Part shown: piece after piece, positions 8,668 through 18,517 of the stretch
How the letters are laid out: the number at the start of each line of letters is the position of its first letter
Numbering within the stretch: position 1 is the first letter of the stretch
Assembly: GCA_038998585.1 (NCBI GenBank)
Contig: JAVZGQ010000005.1
Coordinates: forward strand, 1-56,493
Direction of reading: 5' to 3'
Origin: Candidatus Aenigmatarchaeota archaeon
GTDB taxonomy: Archaea > Aenigmatarchaeota > Aenigmatarchaeia > CG10238-14 > SCSR01
DNA: 56,493 nucleotides
Notes under the pieces: generated by a model
What the model was told of the DNA's origin: nothing
What the model saw: only the letters and a program-made list of their open reading frames with translations
Databases searched by the model: none
Translations under genes and position numbers: made by a program

Positions 8668-10755
8668 TTATTTTAATTTTTTACTCTTTTTATTATTCCA
8701 GTCTTTCTTAGTTTCACATTTTGGATCTAAACACATCCTAAAAGGTCTTTTACCTCTTCTTAAAACCTGTATTATTGGCGTACCACATTTCTCACAGATT
8801 TTCCCTGTTGCTTGAATACTTGCATTATGAGGTAATGGGTAGCCTGTCTTACACTTTGGGTAATTACCACAACCTACAAAAAACTTTCCACTCAATCTAG
8901 ACCTTAAAATCCTTAACTCACCGGTTTTACAATTTGGGCAATTTCCAAGCCTTCTTTCCTCCTCCCTCTTTACCATCAAAGCTTCCAAGAGCTTTTTACC
9001 AATCTTCTTTTCATTTGCTTTAAATTCTTCTAGAATTTCCTTTAAAGCCTTTTTAGCTTCTTCCACAACCTCTTCCCTTTTCTTCTTACCGTTGTAGACA
9101 AGCTCCATCTCTTCTTCAAATTTTCTAGTCAGCTCTTCTGAAAGAATTCTCGGGCAATAATTTTTCAGGGCTTTAACAACAGCCTCTCCAAGCTTTGTAA
9201 CTTGAATACTTTTCCCCACTATATAGCCTCTACTGTAAAGAGTTTGTAAAATTTCTGATCTAGTGGCTCTAGTACCCAGATTTCTGGCCTCCATTTCTTT
9301 AATTATACTACCTTGGGAATAGCGTGCTGGAGGTTGGGTCTCTTTAGCCAATTCCTCTAGCTTTACGACTTTAACAGTTTGACCAATATTAAGCTCGGGT
9401 AGAATCAATTCTTCTCTCTTCAAATAAGGTTCATATATCTTAGTCCAACCTGGCTCTAAAGTTCGCTTACCAACAAGCAAGAAAACATGATTAGCAACAT
9501 TTAAGCTGATTGTATTAGTTTCTCTCAAAGCTTCATCTCCAAAAACTGCTAAAGTACGCCTTGCTATTAAATCATAAATTTTTCTTTGCTGGGAGGTAAG
9601 TTTTGATAGATCAGGAACTTCATGTGTGGCATAAATAGCAGGATGAGCAGGGTCTTCCTTTTTTCCTTCCATGGGGACGAGCTTCTCCTTTTTCAAAAGT
9701 TCCTCTACAAATTTTTTGTAGGGTGGTAAAGCGGCTAAAGCTTTCAGAATTTTTTCATAATTTATACTTGCCGGTAATTTTTGGGAGGCTGATCTAGGAT
9801 AGCTTATGAATCCTTGTTGGTATAAACTTTCAGCTATATTCATAGTTTGTTGTGGGGAAAATTTAAAATGCTGGTAAGCCTCGGCTTGTAAGTCTGTTGT
9901 GTTAAAAGGAACAGGAGGAGCTTGTTTATATTTTTTCTTCTTAATATCTTTAACAACGGCATCTTTGCCTTTACAAGCTTGTAATATCTTATCAGCATCT
10001 TCTTTTTTCCAAATTCTTCCTTTTTCATAGCTTGCAATAGCTTCCGTCCCATTTATCTTAACATGAAGCTCAAGCTCCCAGAAAGGCTTTGGTTTGAACT
10101 TTCTAATTTCAAGCTCTCTATCAAGCAAAATTGCTAAAGTAGGCGACTGTACACGACCGGAAGATAAAATCGCAAAACCTTTTTCAGCAACGCTTTTTAA
10201 AGCTAAGGTCAAAGCTCTTGTAGTATTAATCCCCCAGAGCCAATCTAACTCATGTCTAGTTAAACCTGCTTCAAGTTGACCAAAATTTATATGTGGCATT
10301 ATATTTTCATAAGAGTCTATTAGCTCATCTTTAGTTAATGTTGAGAATTTCATTCTCTTCGCATCATTCTTGTTTGCAAGAAATCTCAGGATATTTACAC
10401 CAATCAATTCACCTTCAGTATCATAATCTGTTGCAATAATGAAATCAGAACCTTTTTCAACTATTTTTTTTACAACATCAAAATACTTCTTGGAAAAAGC
10501 GGATTCTTTGTTAACTTCAAAGCTAGGCTTCCAAGTATAGCTAAAAACAGGATATTTCCACCCCTTTTCTACAGGAGCTAGATTAAACAAGTGCCCAACA
10601 GCACAAACAACTATATACTTTTTTCCTTTTCTCTCAAACTCATAATAAGTTACTTTATTCTCATCTGTATGAGCCTTAAGGCTTTTATTTTCTACCAAAG
10701 CTTCTGCAATTCTTCTAGCAGCGTCAGGTTTTTCGGCTATTATTACTACAGGCAT
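8668..10755 (-). CDS. topA: DNA topoisomerase I (type IA)
   Basis: IAEKP Toprim start, ATDYDTEGE, SSGRVQSP, catalytic ISYPR, C-terminal Zn ribbons. Confidence 0.97.
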   Translation of the reverse strand: MPVVIIAEKPDAARRIAEALVENKSLKAHTDENKVTYYEFERKGKKYIVVCAVGHLFNLAPVEKGWKYPVFSYTWKPSFEVNKESAFSKKYFDVVKKIVEKGSDFIIATDYDTEGELIGVNILRFLANKNDAKRMKFSTLTKDELIDSYENIMPHINFGQLEAGLTRHELDWLWGINTTRALTLALKSVAEKGFAILSSGRVQSPTLAILLDRELEIRKFKPKPFWELELHVKINGTEAIASYEKGRIWKKEDADKILQACKGKDAVVKDIKKKKYKQAPPVPFNTTDLQAEAYQHFKFSPQQTMNIAESLYQQGFISYPRSASQKLPASINYEKILKALAALPPYKKFVEELLKKEKLVPMEGKKEDPAHPAIYATHEVPDLSKLTSQQRKIYDLIARRTLAVFGDEALRETNTISLNVANHVFLLVGKRTLEPGWTKIYEPYLKREELILPELNIGQTVKVVKLEELAKETQPPARYSQGSIIKEMEARNLGTRATRSEILQTLYSRGYIVGKSIQVTKLGEAVVKALKNYCPRILSEELTRKFEEEMELVYNGKKKREEVVEEAKKALKEILEEFKANEKKIGKKLLEALMVKREEERRLGNCPNCKTGELRILRSRLSGKFFVGCGNYPKCKTGYPLPHNASIQATGKICEKCGTPIIQVLRRGKRPFRMCLDPKCETKKDWNNKKSKKLK

Positions 10756-10786
10756 TAAATCAAATTCTACTTGAAAATTTAAAAAG

Positions 10787-12004
10787 CTACTTCGTCATAA
10801 TGTCTTTTTGATTCATTGAAGCTTTTGCTTCTTCTCCTTCAAGCGAGACAAGCTTATCTTCTAAGTCGGATATCTTTTCTACCAGATTCTTTATTTCGAT
10901 TTCCATTTTAGAATTTTTTAAGGGCTGATAAATTTCTTTAGCTTCAGGTAGCTTAGAGAAAGCATCCTTAAGACTGGCAAAAATTCCATTTGGCATATTT
11001 TCTATCCTATCTTCCAATTTTACCAATTTTTCTTCAACTGAAGTATGTAATAATGCAGATCTCTCGGCCAATTCTTCTATTCTTTCAGCTAATTTAGCTA
11101 AGGCCTTCTGAAAGCTTTCAAGTCTCAAATCAAATTCAGCTTTTCTATTCAAAAGATAATCTATGTTTTCTTTCAAAGAATTGAGTCTAGAAGAAAGGAA
11201 TTTTATGTCTATTTCTGATTTAGTTGATATAATTCCACTAATCTTATCTTTTATTTCTTTTATTTCTCTACTTGTTTCAGCCCTTAATTCAGAAACTTCA
11301 GTGGCAATTCTCTGTATGACTTGAGTCTCGAGCGGCTTTATTCTCTCCTCCAGTCTTTTAATTTCATTTTCCAAGTTTAATATTTTTTCGGTTAGTGGTG
11401 AACTTTCAACAAGTTTGAATTTTTCTTCTAGAGATAAAATCTTATCAGCAAGATCGACTATCTGTTCAGTCGGTATTAAAATTGAAGATACCCTTTCATT
11501 TATTTTTTCAATGTTTTTTTCAAGTTGCTTTACATCGTCTTTCAAAGCTGATTGAAGGCTTTTATTTTTCAAATCGGAGATGTCTTCTTCGATTTTCTTG
11601 ATGATCGGACTTTCTGAAGACCCTATCTTGTTAGCCAAGTTATTTATTTCTTCTTCAAGTTTTTTTGTTTCTTCTATTTGGGGCGCAAAATTCTTCACTT
11701 CTTTTGATAGTTCTAAGATTTTCTGGTAATTTTCTGTTGTTTTTGAGTTCAAATCTTCCAAGATTTTTTTAAGTTCAAACCCACCAAGATTTTCGACCAT
11801 TATCAAGTCTTCCAGCTCATCCAACCTCTCTCTAATTGAATTAATTGTTTCAACATCAATGATTTGAATCGATTTGAGTTTTTCTTTAATTTCACCTATA
11901 GCTATTTCCAGATTTACAAGCCTTTTATCGACTTGAAGAAGGGCAAATTTGAACTTCTCCTCAATTTCTTTCTCTTCTTTTTCTAATTCTTCCCCAGAAT
12001 CCAA
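10787..12004 (-). CDS. Long coiled-coil protein of unknown function
   Basis: 405 aa with near-continuous heptad pattern. TTG start with GGTG SD. Confidence 0.7.
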   Translation of the reverse strand: MDSGEELEKEEKEIEEKFKFALLQVDKRLVNLEIAIGEIKEKLKSIQIIDVETINSIRERLDELEDLIMVENLGGFELKKILEDLNSKTTENYQKILELSKEVKNFAPQIEETKKLEEEINNLANKIGSSESPIIKKIEEDISDLKNKSLQSALKDDVKQLEKNIEKINERVSSILIPTEQIVDLADKILSLEEKFKLVESSPLTEKILNLENEIKRLEERIKPLETQVIQRIATEVSELRAETSREIKEIKDKISGIISTKSEIDIKFLSSRLNSLKENIDYLLNRKAEFDLRLESFQKALAKLAERIEELAERSALLHTSVEEKLVKLEDRIENMPNGIFASLKDAFSKLPEAKEIYQPLKNSKMEIEIKNLVEKISDLEDKLVSLEGEEAKASMNQKDIMTK

Positions 12005-12035
12005 TATACCACCTATTTAATATTTTGTTTTCAAA

Positions 12036-12545
12036 TTATATTCTTTTTTCATATCTAAGCCAAAGGGCCCAAGAAGCCAATACAGCAAAGATCAAGCCAA
12101 ATTTCCATAGAAAATCATGGATAAGTTCAAAAAAATTCGGATCAATTAAAGAGATGTAGATTGTTAAAACAATTCTTGCTATGTTAAAAAAGAAAATTGA
12201 AGGCAGGGTTATAATAAGAAAAAATAATTTTTTCTTAAGTTTAATGGATGGGGTTGCCATTACTAGAGAAAAAAGAGTATAAAGGGATTTCCAACCCGTA
12301 CAGTCCATATCCATTTCAATGAAGTATATATTGAAATTATTAACTGCTTTTAAGATTTGGCCGTCTAAACTTGTTTTTACACCAAGAGTTAACAAAAGCT
12401 TGTAAGAAAGAAAAGTTACAAAATCTTGTAGAGGTCTGTAAGAGAAATTAAAGTATAGCAATATGTAGAGAGGTACAGCAAGCAAATTGAACTTAAATAA
12501 AAACCACAAAACTTGTAAAAGTTTTCCTTTAGTTTTCTTATTCAT
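12036..12545 (-). CDS. Exosortase/archaeosortase family membrane protein
   Basis: Multi-TM with catalytic-type Cys (DCTGW), Arg (NIARI) and His (IHD). Confidence 0.8.
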   Translation of the reverse strand: MNKKTKGKLLQVLWFLFKFNLLAVPLYILLYFNFSYRPLQDFVTFLSYKLLLTLGVKTSLDGQILKAVNNFNIYFIEMDMDCTGWKSLYTLFSLVMATPSIKLKKKLFFLIITLPSIFFFNIARIVLTIYISLIDPNFFELIHDFLWKFGLIFAVLASWALWLRYEKRI

Positions 12546-13036
12546 TTTTTCTTCCTCATTATATCTTTTGCAGCATCAACTATACTTTCACTTTTTTCCT
12601 TGAAAACCCTTTTTACAACATCTTCAAATATTTCCTCTCTTCCAAACTTTTTCAAAATCTCTTCAATTTTTATAAAAATATTGTGATAATTTCTGAAAGC
12701 TCTCAGTGCCGCCGCCAAAGCATCTTTTTGATGAGAATCATTCGCCAATTGCTTGAGATCATCTAAAACTTTGGCTTTTTCCTTATATTTCATCGAAACT
12801 TGGGGATAAAAAACATCACATCCTAAAGCACTAGCAAGTTTTTCTATGCCTTTAGGTAAGGGATTTACATCACTAGCAATTATCAAGGCATCACCAAATT
12901 TCAAGATATGTTTTATTATTTCTGCACGACTTGCTTCTTTTTTACTAGAAAGATCTAGTATATTACCTCTTGTATCTAGTATAGCTATTCCTATTGTTGC
13001 TCCCAAGTCAATCCCAACTATTAAATTCTTCCTCAG
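12542..13036 (-). CDS. DUF460 (RNase H-like) domain protein
   Basis: IVGIDLGATIGIAILD...IASDVNP...HQKDALAAA. The frame extends to a CTG at 13036 preceded by GAGGTGA, which restores the GID motif. Confidence 0.8.
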   Translation of the reverse strand: MRKNLIVGIDLGATIGIAILDTRGNILDLSSKKEASRAEIIKHILKFGDALIIASDVNPLPKGIEKLASALGCDVFYPQVSMKYKEKAKVLDDLKQLANDSHQKDALAAALRAFRNYHNIFIKIEEILKKFGREEIFEDVVKRVFKEKSESIVDAAKDIMRKKK

Positions 13037-13701
13037 GTTTTCACCTCATATTTTTCAGTTAAAATCTTTTTAATTTTTTTGGCAAGTTTTTCTCCTATTC
13101 CTTTAACTGATTTTAGTTCCTTCTCATCAGCAGAAAAAACCTTTTCTACAGATCCAAATTTCTCTAGCAACCTCTTTGACAGGACTGTGGAAATGCCAGG
13201 AATACCAGAAACTATGAATTCCTTAATCTTATTCAAATCTTCTGGTTTTTTCCCAACTTTAAATGCTAAACCAAATTTCTTCTCTTCTTGCTCCTTCCTA
13301 GCTATCCAATAAATTGTTTTTGCTGTATCTAACTCATTTCTCGTGCTTATTAAGCTAATCCCAAAGTCTATTACCAAGCTTGCTATTGTTGCCTTCAAAG
13401 AATTTTCATTTATTTCTCTTGTTGAATAACCTTCTATCAAAATTATGGGCTTCTCAAAATTTTTCTTCAACTTACTTGCCTGTTCAAAAATCCTACCGTT
13501 AAATATAGAAGAAATAAAATCGTCATAAGATTTTCTTTCGATAACAACTCTCTTGCTACAGATGAAATCACCACACTCAAGATTCATTTCATTTACTATA
13601 GCCCCAGTTTTCTTCAAGACTTCATTAACTCCCTTTTCCCTGTAATCGCAAATAATAACTACCTTTTCTTTTGAGTTTAAAATTGTTTGTTTTTCACACA
13701 T
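13033..13701 (-). CDS. ERCC4/XPF-type nuclease with HhH motifs (Hef nuclease half)
   Basis: CDYRE, GDF...IERKS..DF, IPGIS and VKGIG HhH motifs. Confidence 0.92.
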   Translation of the reverse strand: MCEKQTILNSKEKVVIICDYREKGVNEVLKKTGAIVNEMNLECGDFICSKRVVIERKSYDDFISSIFNGRIFEQASKLKKNFEKPIILIEGYSTREINENSLKATIASLVIDFGISLISTRNELDTAKTIYWIARKEQEEKKFGLAFKVGKKPEDLNKIKEFIVSGIPGISTVLSKRLLEKFGSVEKVFSADEKELKSVKGIGEKLAKKIKKILTEKYEVKT

Positions 13702-13913
13702 ACAATCATTTCTTTTCTTCAAATTTGAATAATTAATTTATAACTACCAAAGTGATTAAATTCATACTAACCAATACTTTAGGCAATAAATAGGGTAATC
13801 TAAATAAAAAATTAAAAATCTTTGCCCATCACATCAAATTTCTAAGTCATCATTTCCTATGATTTTGAGAACATTTGTCAATAAAAACAAATCAGAGCTT
13901 CTAAATAAATAAC

Positions 13914-15443
13914 TCATTTAATGAAATCTGCAATGGTTCGTTTTTTCTTTTCCTTTCTTTTCATATCGTAAAGTATCCCCCTCATCTTTTTTTCTTTTTG
14001 TAAAGCAGCCCAATAATAAGATTCGTCATGAGTATCTTTGGTAATTAAAAATATGACTCTACCAGGAGCGGTTCTGCCAGTTCTACCCATTCTCTGAATT
14101 TTTCTTATTTCTGTAGCCACACTATCAAAAAAAATTACAACATTTACTTCACTTATATCCAGACCTTCTTCTGTGATTGATGTCCCAGTCAAAACATTAA
14201 ACTCGTTGTTTTCAAACCTTTTCAGAACCTCAATTTGTTCTTGTTGAGTCATTCCTTTCTCTTCTTTGCTTGCCTGCCCTATTAGTATCTCGCACCTTAT
14301 ACCATCTTTTTTTAGAGCTTCATTTATTTTTTCAACAGTGGATCTGTAATTTGCAAAAACTATGATTTTCGTCGTGGGGTTTACACTTAATAAATCCTTA
14401 ATCAAAAACCTGAGCTTCGTGAGTTTCGGATGTTCAATCCCACTTTTTATTATGTTTTCCATAATCTTCATAACTTCTTTCATCCTCAGGTCATTTGCAA
14501 TTTTCCTATCAACCCTTTTTTTACTTTCTCTAAACTTTTGCAAGTATTCATAAAGAGATGAAATTTCTTGTGTCTCAAGAAGCTCTATAGCATGCTCAAT
14601 TTTTATGGCTTCAGCTAACTTCATCATTGCCCATATAAGCGAGTAATTTTTCGATCCTTGCATGTACTTTGCTGAAATAATGTTCTGTAAACTAAGCAAG
14701 AGTTTTTTCGGTGGCCTGCTTGTATTGATGAAGCCATGGTCTTTAAGCCATGTTATTGGCTCTTTTAGCATTTGCTCGAACAAGCCCTTAATCATCTTCA
14801 TCTCTTCTGGCAAATCAACATAAATCCAATCTTTTAATATAGGTTTCACATACTGCTTAACATCTTCATCACTCTCGGTCCTTATTTCAATAGCTTCTAT
14901 GAAAAGATTTTCTTTTATTTCTTCAATTCTTTTAAAACTACCACCAGGAGAAGCCGTCATACCAAGAATTAAAGGATATTTTGATTGTTCCATATATTTC
15001 TTTGCAACAAATGTGTAGGAATATTCTTTCACACACCTGTGGCTCTCATCAAAAACTGCCAAAGAGAAATTTTCTAAATTAATTCTCCCACTTTGTAAAT
15101 CATTCTGAATCGTTTGTGGCGTCGCAATTATCAATTTACTTTTTTGGTAAATTTCACTTCTTATTTCAGGCCTTACTTTTCCTGTGAGAAGAGCTATTTC
15201 TTCTCCTTTCAAGTTAGTGAACTTTTCAAAGCTCTTTTTATGCTGAGCATTTAAAGGTCTAGTAGGAGCCATCACAAGGATCTTGCTTTCAGGAAACTCA
15301 TTGATCCTCTTTATTGCAACAAGTATAGCTATTAGGGTTTTTCCCATTCCTGTTGGTAATACAACTAAAGTGTTTTTTTTACTAGCAGTTTCTGCTATAT
15401 TTTTTTGATATTCTCTTGGTTCTATCCCCTTTAAGCTTACCAT
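13914..15443 (-). CDS. Hef/FANCM-like SF2 helicase (helicase half)
   Basis: PTGMGKT, DESH, TASPG, QRMGRTGR motifs. Confidence 0.93.
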   Translation of the reverse strand: MVSLKGIEPREYQKNIAETASKKNTLVVLPTGMGKTLIAILVAIKRINEFPESKILVMAPTRPLNAQHKKSFEKFTNLKGEEIALLTGKVRPEIRSEIYQKSKLIIATPQTIQNDLQSGRINLENFSLAVFDESHRCVKEYSYTFVAKKYMEQSKYPLILGMTASPGGSFKRIEEIKENLFIEAIEIRTESDEDVKQYVKPILKDWIYVDLPEEMKMIKGLFEQMLKEPITWLKDHGFINTSRPPKKLLLSLQNIISAKYMQGSKNYSLIWAMMKLAEAIKIEHAIELLETQEISSLYEYLQKFRESKKRVDRKIANDLRMKEVMKIMENIIKSGIEHPKLTKLRFLIKDLLSVNPTTKIIVFANYRSTVEKINEALKKDGIRCEILIGQASKEEKGMTQQEQIEVLKRFENNEFNVLTGTSITEEGLDISEVNVVIFFDSVATEIRKIQRMGRTGRTAPGRVIFLITKDTHDESYYWAALQKEKKMRGILYDMKRKEKKKRTIADFIK

Positions 15444-15444
15444 A

Positions 15445-15858
15445 TTATTCTCCGATTATAGTTACAGAAACTTCTCTTTCTCTTGCTTCAAACATCTCGA
15501 CAAAAAAAATGTTTTGCCAAGTACCAAGTAAAAGCTTATTGTCTTTTAATGGTATGGTTAAGAAAGTTTTTAGTAGATTTGATTTTATATGAGCAGTTGC
15601 ATTTATATTGCCTTCATAATCGTGAAAGTACTTACCATTTAACGGTAAAATTTTCTCAAAAAACTTCACTAGATCTTTATGTATACCCTGTTCGTATTCT
15701 TGAATTATAAGCGCTGCTGTATTGTGTAAAGCATTAACGAAAACCATACCATTTTTAATTTTTGACTCTTTCACAACTTTTTCAACTTCATCAGTTATTT
15801 TTACAAATTCATTTAATCCTTTAGTTTTAATCTTTATAGTCTTTTGGAAAATTTTCAT
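15445..15858 (-). CDS. yjbQ: YjbQ/UPF0047 family protein
   Basis: HNTAAL, NATAHIKS, LGTWQ motifs. Confidence 0.9.
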   Translation of the reverse strand: MKIFQKTIKIKTKGLNEFVKITDEVEKVVKESKIKNGMVFVNALHNTAALIIQEYEQGIHKDLVKFFEKILPLNGKYFHDYEGNINATAHIKSNLLKTFLTIPLKDNKLLLGTWQNIFFVEMFEAREREVSVTIIGE

Positions 15859-15897
15859 AGTTAAATTTTAATTAGATTTAAATATTAAGTAATTGCT

Positions 15898-16575
15898 ATG
15901 CAAGTTGCAGTATTGTTTAGTGGTGGGAAAGACTCAACTTATGCTACTTATATTGTTAAAAAGCAAGGATATGAAATAAAGTATTTGATTACAATGATTC
16001 CAGAGAGAGAAGATTCTTGGATGTTTCATCATCCGTGTATAAAACTAACAAAACTTCAAGCTAAGTCTGCAGGTTTAAAACAAATCATTCATAGAACAAA
16101 AGGCGAAAAAGAGAAGGAATTGGAAGATTTGAAAAAAATTTTAGAAAAAATAAAAAATAAAATTAATGCTGTAGTTTCTGGCGCCATTGCAAGTACTTAC
16201 CAAAAATCTAGAATTGATAAAATTTGTGAAGAGCTTGAACTTAAACACATAGCACCAATTTGGAATAAAAATCAAGAAGAAGTTTTGAAGAGAGAATTAG
16301 AAGCAAGATTAGAGATCTTAATAGTGGGGGTTTTTGCTGAAGGTTTTGATGAAAGCTGGTTAGGGAGAAGAATTGATGAGGAAGCTTTGAGGGATCTTAT
16401 GAAACTTAAAGATAAATTTAATATATCCCTTTCTGGCGAAGGAGGCGAGTATGAATCATTTGTGATAAATTGCCCCATTTTTAATAGAAGGATTGAAATT
16501 TTGAGGAGTAGGAAAGTTTGGGACGAAAAAACTAATAGTGGCTATTTAGTTGTGAATGAAGCAAAGCTTATGTAA
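15898..16575 (+). CDS. Diphthine-ammonia ligase family PP-loop ATPase
   Basis: SGGKDS, SWMFH, GEGGEYES motifs. Confidence 0.9.
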   Translation: MQVAVLFSGGKDSTYATYIVKKQGYEIKYLITMIPEREDSWMFHHPCIKLTKLQAKSAGLKQIIHRTKGEKEKELEDLKKILEKIKNKINAVVSGAIASTYQKSRIDKICEELELKHIAPIWNKNQEEVLKRELEARLEILIVGVFAEGFDESWLGRRIDEEALRDLMKLKDKFNISLSGEGGEYESFVINCPIFNRRIEILRSRKVWDEKTNSGYLVVNEAKLM

Positions 16576-16584
16576 AGTGATAAA

Positions 16585-16965
16585 ATGTCTAAAGGAGTTT
16601 ACTCTTTGTTGATAGAACTGAAGAGAGACCAAGAAATAAAAATAGGTAGTTTAGGAAAATTCAAATTTCCAAAAGGTTTTTACATATATACAGGCTCGGC
16701 TTTGAACAACCTTGAGGCAAGGCTGATTAGACATCTAAAAAAACAAAAGAAAAAGTTTTGGCACATTGATTATTTCCTTACAAACAAATATGTAAGAATA
16801 GTTGGTATACTAACGATCAAAACAAGCTTGATGTTGGAGTGTAAGCTCAATCAAGCAATATTAAAGAATTTGAGAGCTTCTATTTTTGTGAAAAAATTTG
16901 GGTCTTCTGATTGTGATTGTGAAAGCCATTTTATTTACTTAGAGAATAATTATTCAAAAAAATAA
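16585..16965 (+). CDS. GIY-YIG (DUF123/Uri) nuclease family protein
   Basis: GVY...YIYTGSA, WHIDY, FGSSDCDCESH. Confidence 0.85.
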   Translation: MSKGVYSLLIELKRDQEIKIGSLGKFKFPKGFYIYTGSALNNLEARLIRHLKKQKKKFWHIDYFLTNKYVRIVGILTIKTSLMLECKLNQAILKNLRASIFVKKFGSSDCDCESHFIYLENNYSKK

Positions 16966-16974
16966 ATTTATACT

Positions 16975-17349
16975 ATGAGTTTAATCAAAAATTTAATCGG
17001 CTTTGCCTCGATTTTTTTAGCTTGGTTTAATCCTTTTACCTTAACATTTCCGTTTAGACTAACCCTTTTCATTATAGGTTTCGATTTAACCAGTTGGCGA
17101 GCGAAGCTTGTTCTTTTTTTAATTAATTTTTTCTTCCCTCTTTTAGGAGAAGAGGGATTGTTTTTAGTTTGGGTTCTTCTATTTTTGCTAATTGTAGAAT
17201 TTATTTTTTTTCACTTTAAAATCTTGAAGATCGTGGTTGTAATTTCTAAACCAATTATAGTTTTCTTATCAATTCTGTCTATTATGAACGATATTCAGTT
17301 AGCTTTGATAATAGCTGGAATAGATTTAATTTTAAATTTAAAACACTAG
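16975..17349 (+). CDS. Hypothetical membrane protein
   Basis: 124 aa, strongly hydrophobic. Confidence 0.6.
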   Translation: MSLIKNLIGFASIFLAWFNPFTLTFPFRLTLFIIGFDLTSWRAKLVLFLINFFFPLLGEEGLFLVWVLLFLLIVEFIFFHFKILKIVVVISKPIIVFLSILSIMNDIQLALIIAGIDLILNLKH

Positions 17350-17360
17350 CTTTAAATTAA

Positions 17361-17454
17361 GCCGAGGTCGCCTAATTGGTAGGGCACCGGTCTCGAATTT
17401 ATTAAGATAACCGGCGGGCGAAAGCCCATCTGGGTTCGAGTCCCAGCCTCGGCG
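17361..17454 (+). tRNA. tRNA-Ser(CGA) with 11-nt intron at 37/38 (17398-17408); CCA not encoded
   Basis: Acceptor GCCGAGG/CCTCGGC, discriminator G, long variable arm GGGCGAAAGCCC, T arm CTGGG-TTCGAGT-CCCAG, anticodon stem CCGGT/ACCGG. Confidence 0.88.
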
Positions 17455-17577
17455 TAAATTTTACAGGATGATTTTACCCATAGTTAGAAACTAGAATAAA
17501 ATTGATAGAGACAAAAAAATTTATATGGTTTTGGTGTGTTAGTTGAATTTTTTAATTTTCAATTTTAATAAAAATTT

Positions 17578-18000
17578 ATGGAGAGTTTTGAGGAAATAGT
17601 TAAAAGATGTTTTTATTTTAAAAGAGTTTATCCTCTTAACGAACCCGAATACGGAAAAAGCTTATTTGCTTCTAAAAATTTTTTTGATAATCTTGGAATA
17701 AAAATTAACAATATTTTGATTAAATTTAAGCCAATTAGTAGGAAAGTAGAAAAAAATAAATTCAAAAGTTATTTGACTAAAAGTCCAACAGAAAATATTT
17801 ATAAAAGACTAGAAGAAGAATGGTTTGAATGTCGTTTGTTAAAATCAAAGTTCTTTAATCACTACTATATATTTTACGACCCAATAGCCCAAATTCAAAT
17901 AGAGGAAATTTTTTATGCAACAAATGAGTGGTTTAACAATTACGAACTTTCGCCCGGTATAAAAATTTTGATAAGAATCCCTGGAGAATATTTACTGTGA
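17578..18000 (+). CDS. Hypothetical protein
   Basis: 140-aa ORF with no recognised motif, AT-rich, next to tRNA. Confidence 0.55.
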   Translation: MESFEEIVKRCFYFKRVYPLNEPEYGKSLFASKNFFDNLGIKINNILIKFKPISRKVEKNKFKSYLTKSPTENIYKRLEEEWFECRLLKSKFFNHYYIFYDPIAQIQIEEIFYATNEWFNNYELSPGIKILIRIPGEYLL

Positions 18001-18180
18001 AATGATGCGTCCTTTAAAAATACAGTATCACTTATTGCCAAAATTTTTCTGAAATGAATATTAAAAAGCTTAAATACTTATAGTAAGAATAATCAATTAA
18101 CCAAAGGGAGGAAGGTAGAGGAACAAACTCTACTTCTAACTCATGAAGATAAATAAAATAAAGTAAAGGAGGTTTTGTAA

Positions 18181-18507
18181 ATGCCTTTTAGGAGAGGTAG
18201 TTTTAGGAGATTTGGTCCTAGAGTAGATATTCCGAAGCCGGTTAAAATTGGCGAGGAATACGAAGTTGATATAAATGAAGTTGGATCTAAAGGAGATGGA
18301 ATAGCAAGGATAAAGAACTTCGTTGTATTCATCTCAGGAGCAAAACAGGGAGAAAAAACAAAGATAAAAATAACAGAAGTGAGGAACAGATTTGCAATAG
18401 GAAAAAAAGTTTCAGATGAAGCAACAAAAGAGGCTGCAGAAGAAGCAAAAGAAGAGTCAGAAGAACTTGAATCAGAAGAAACAGAAGAAGCGGGAGAAGA
18501 GGAATGA
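18181..18507 (+). CDS. Single-TRAM-domain RNA-binding protein with acidic tail
   Basis: PVKIGEEYEVDINEVGSKGDGIARIKNFVVFI. GGAGG SD. Confidence 0.9.
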   Translation: MPFRRGSFRRFGPRVDIPKPVKIGEEYEVDINEVGSKGDGIARIKNFVVFISGAKQGEKTKIKITEVRNRFAIGKKVSDEATKEAAEEAKEESEELESEETEEAGEEE

Positions 18508-18517
18508 ATCCCTTCTC

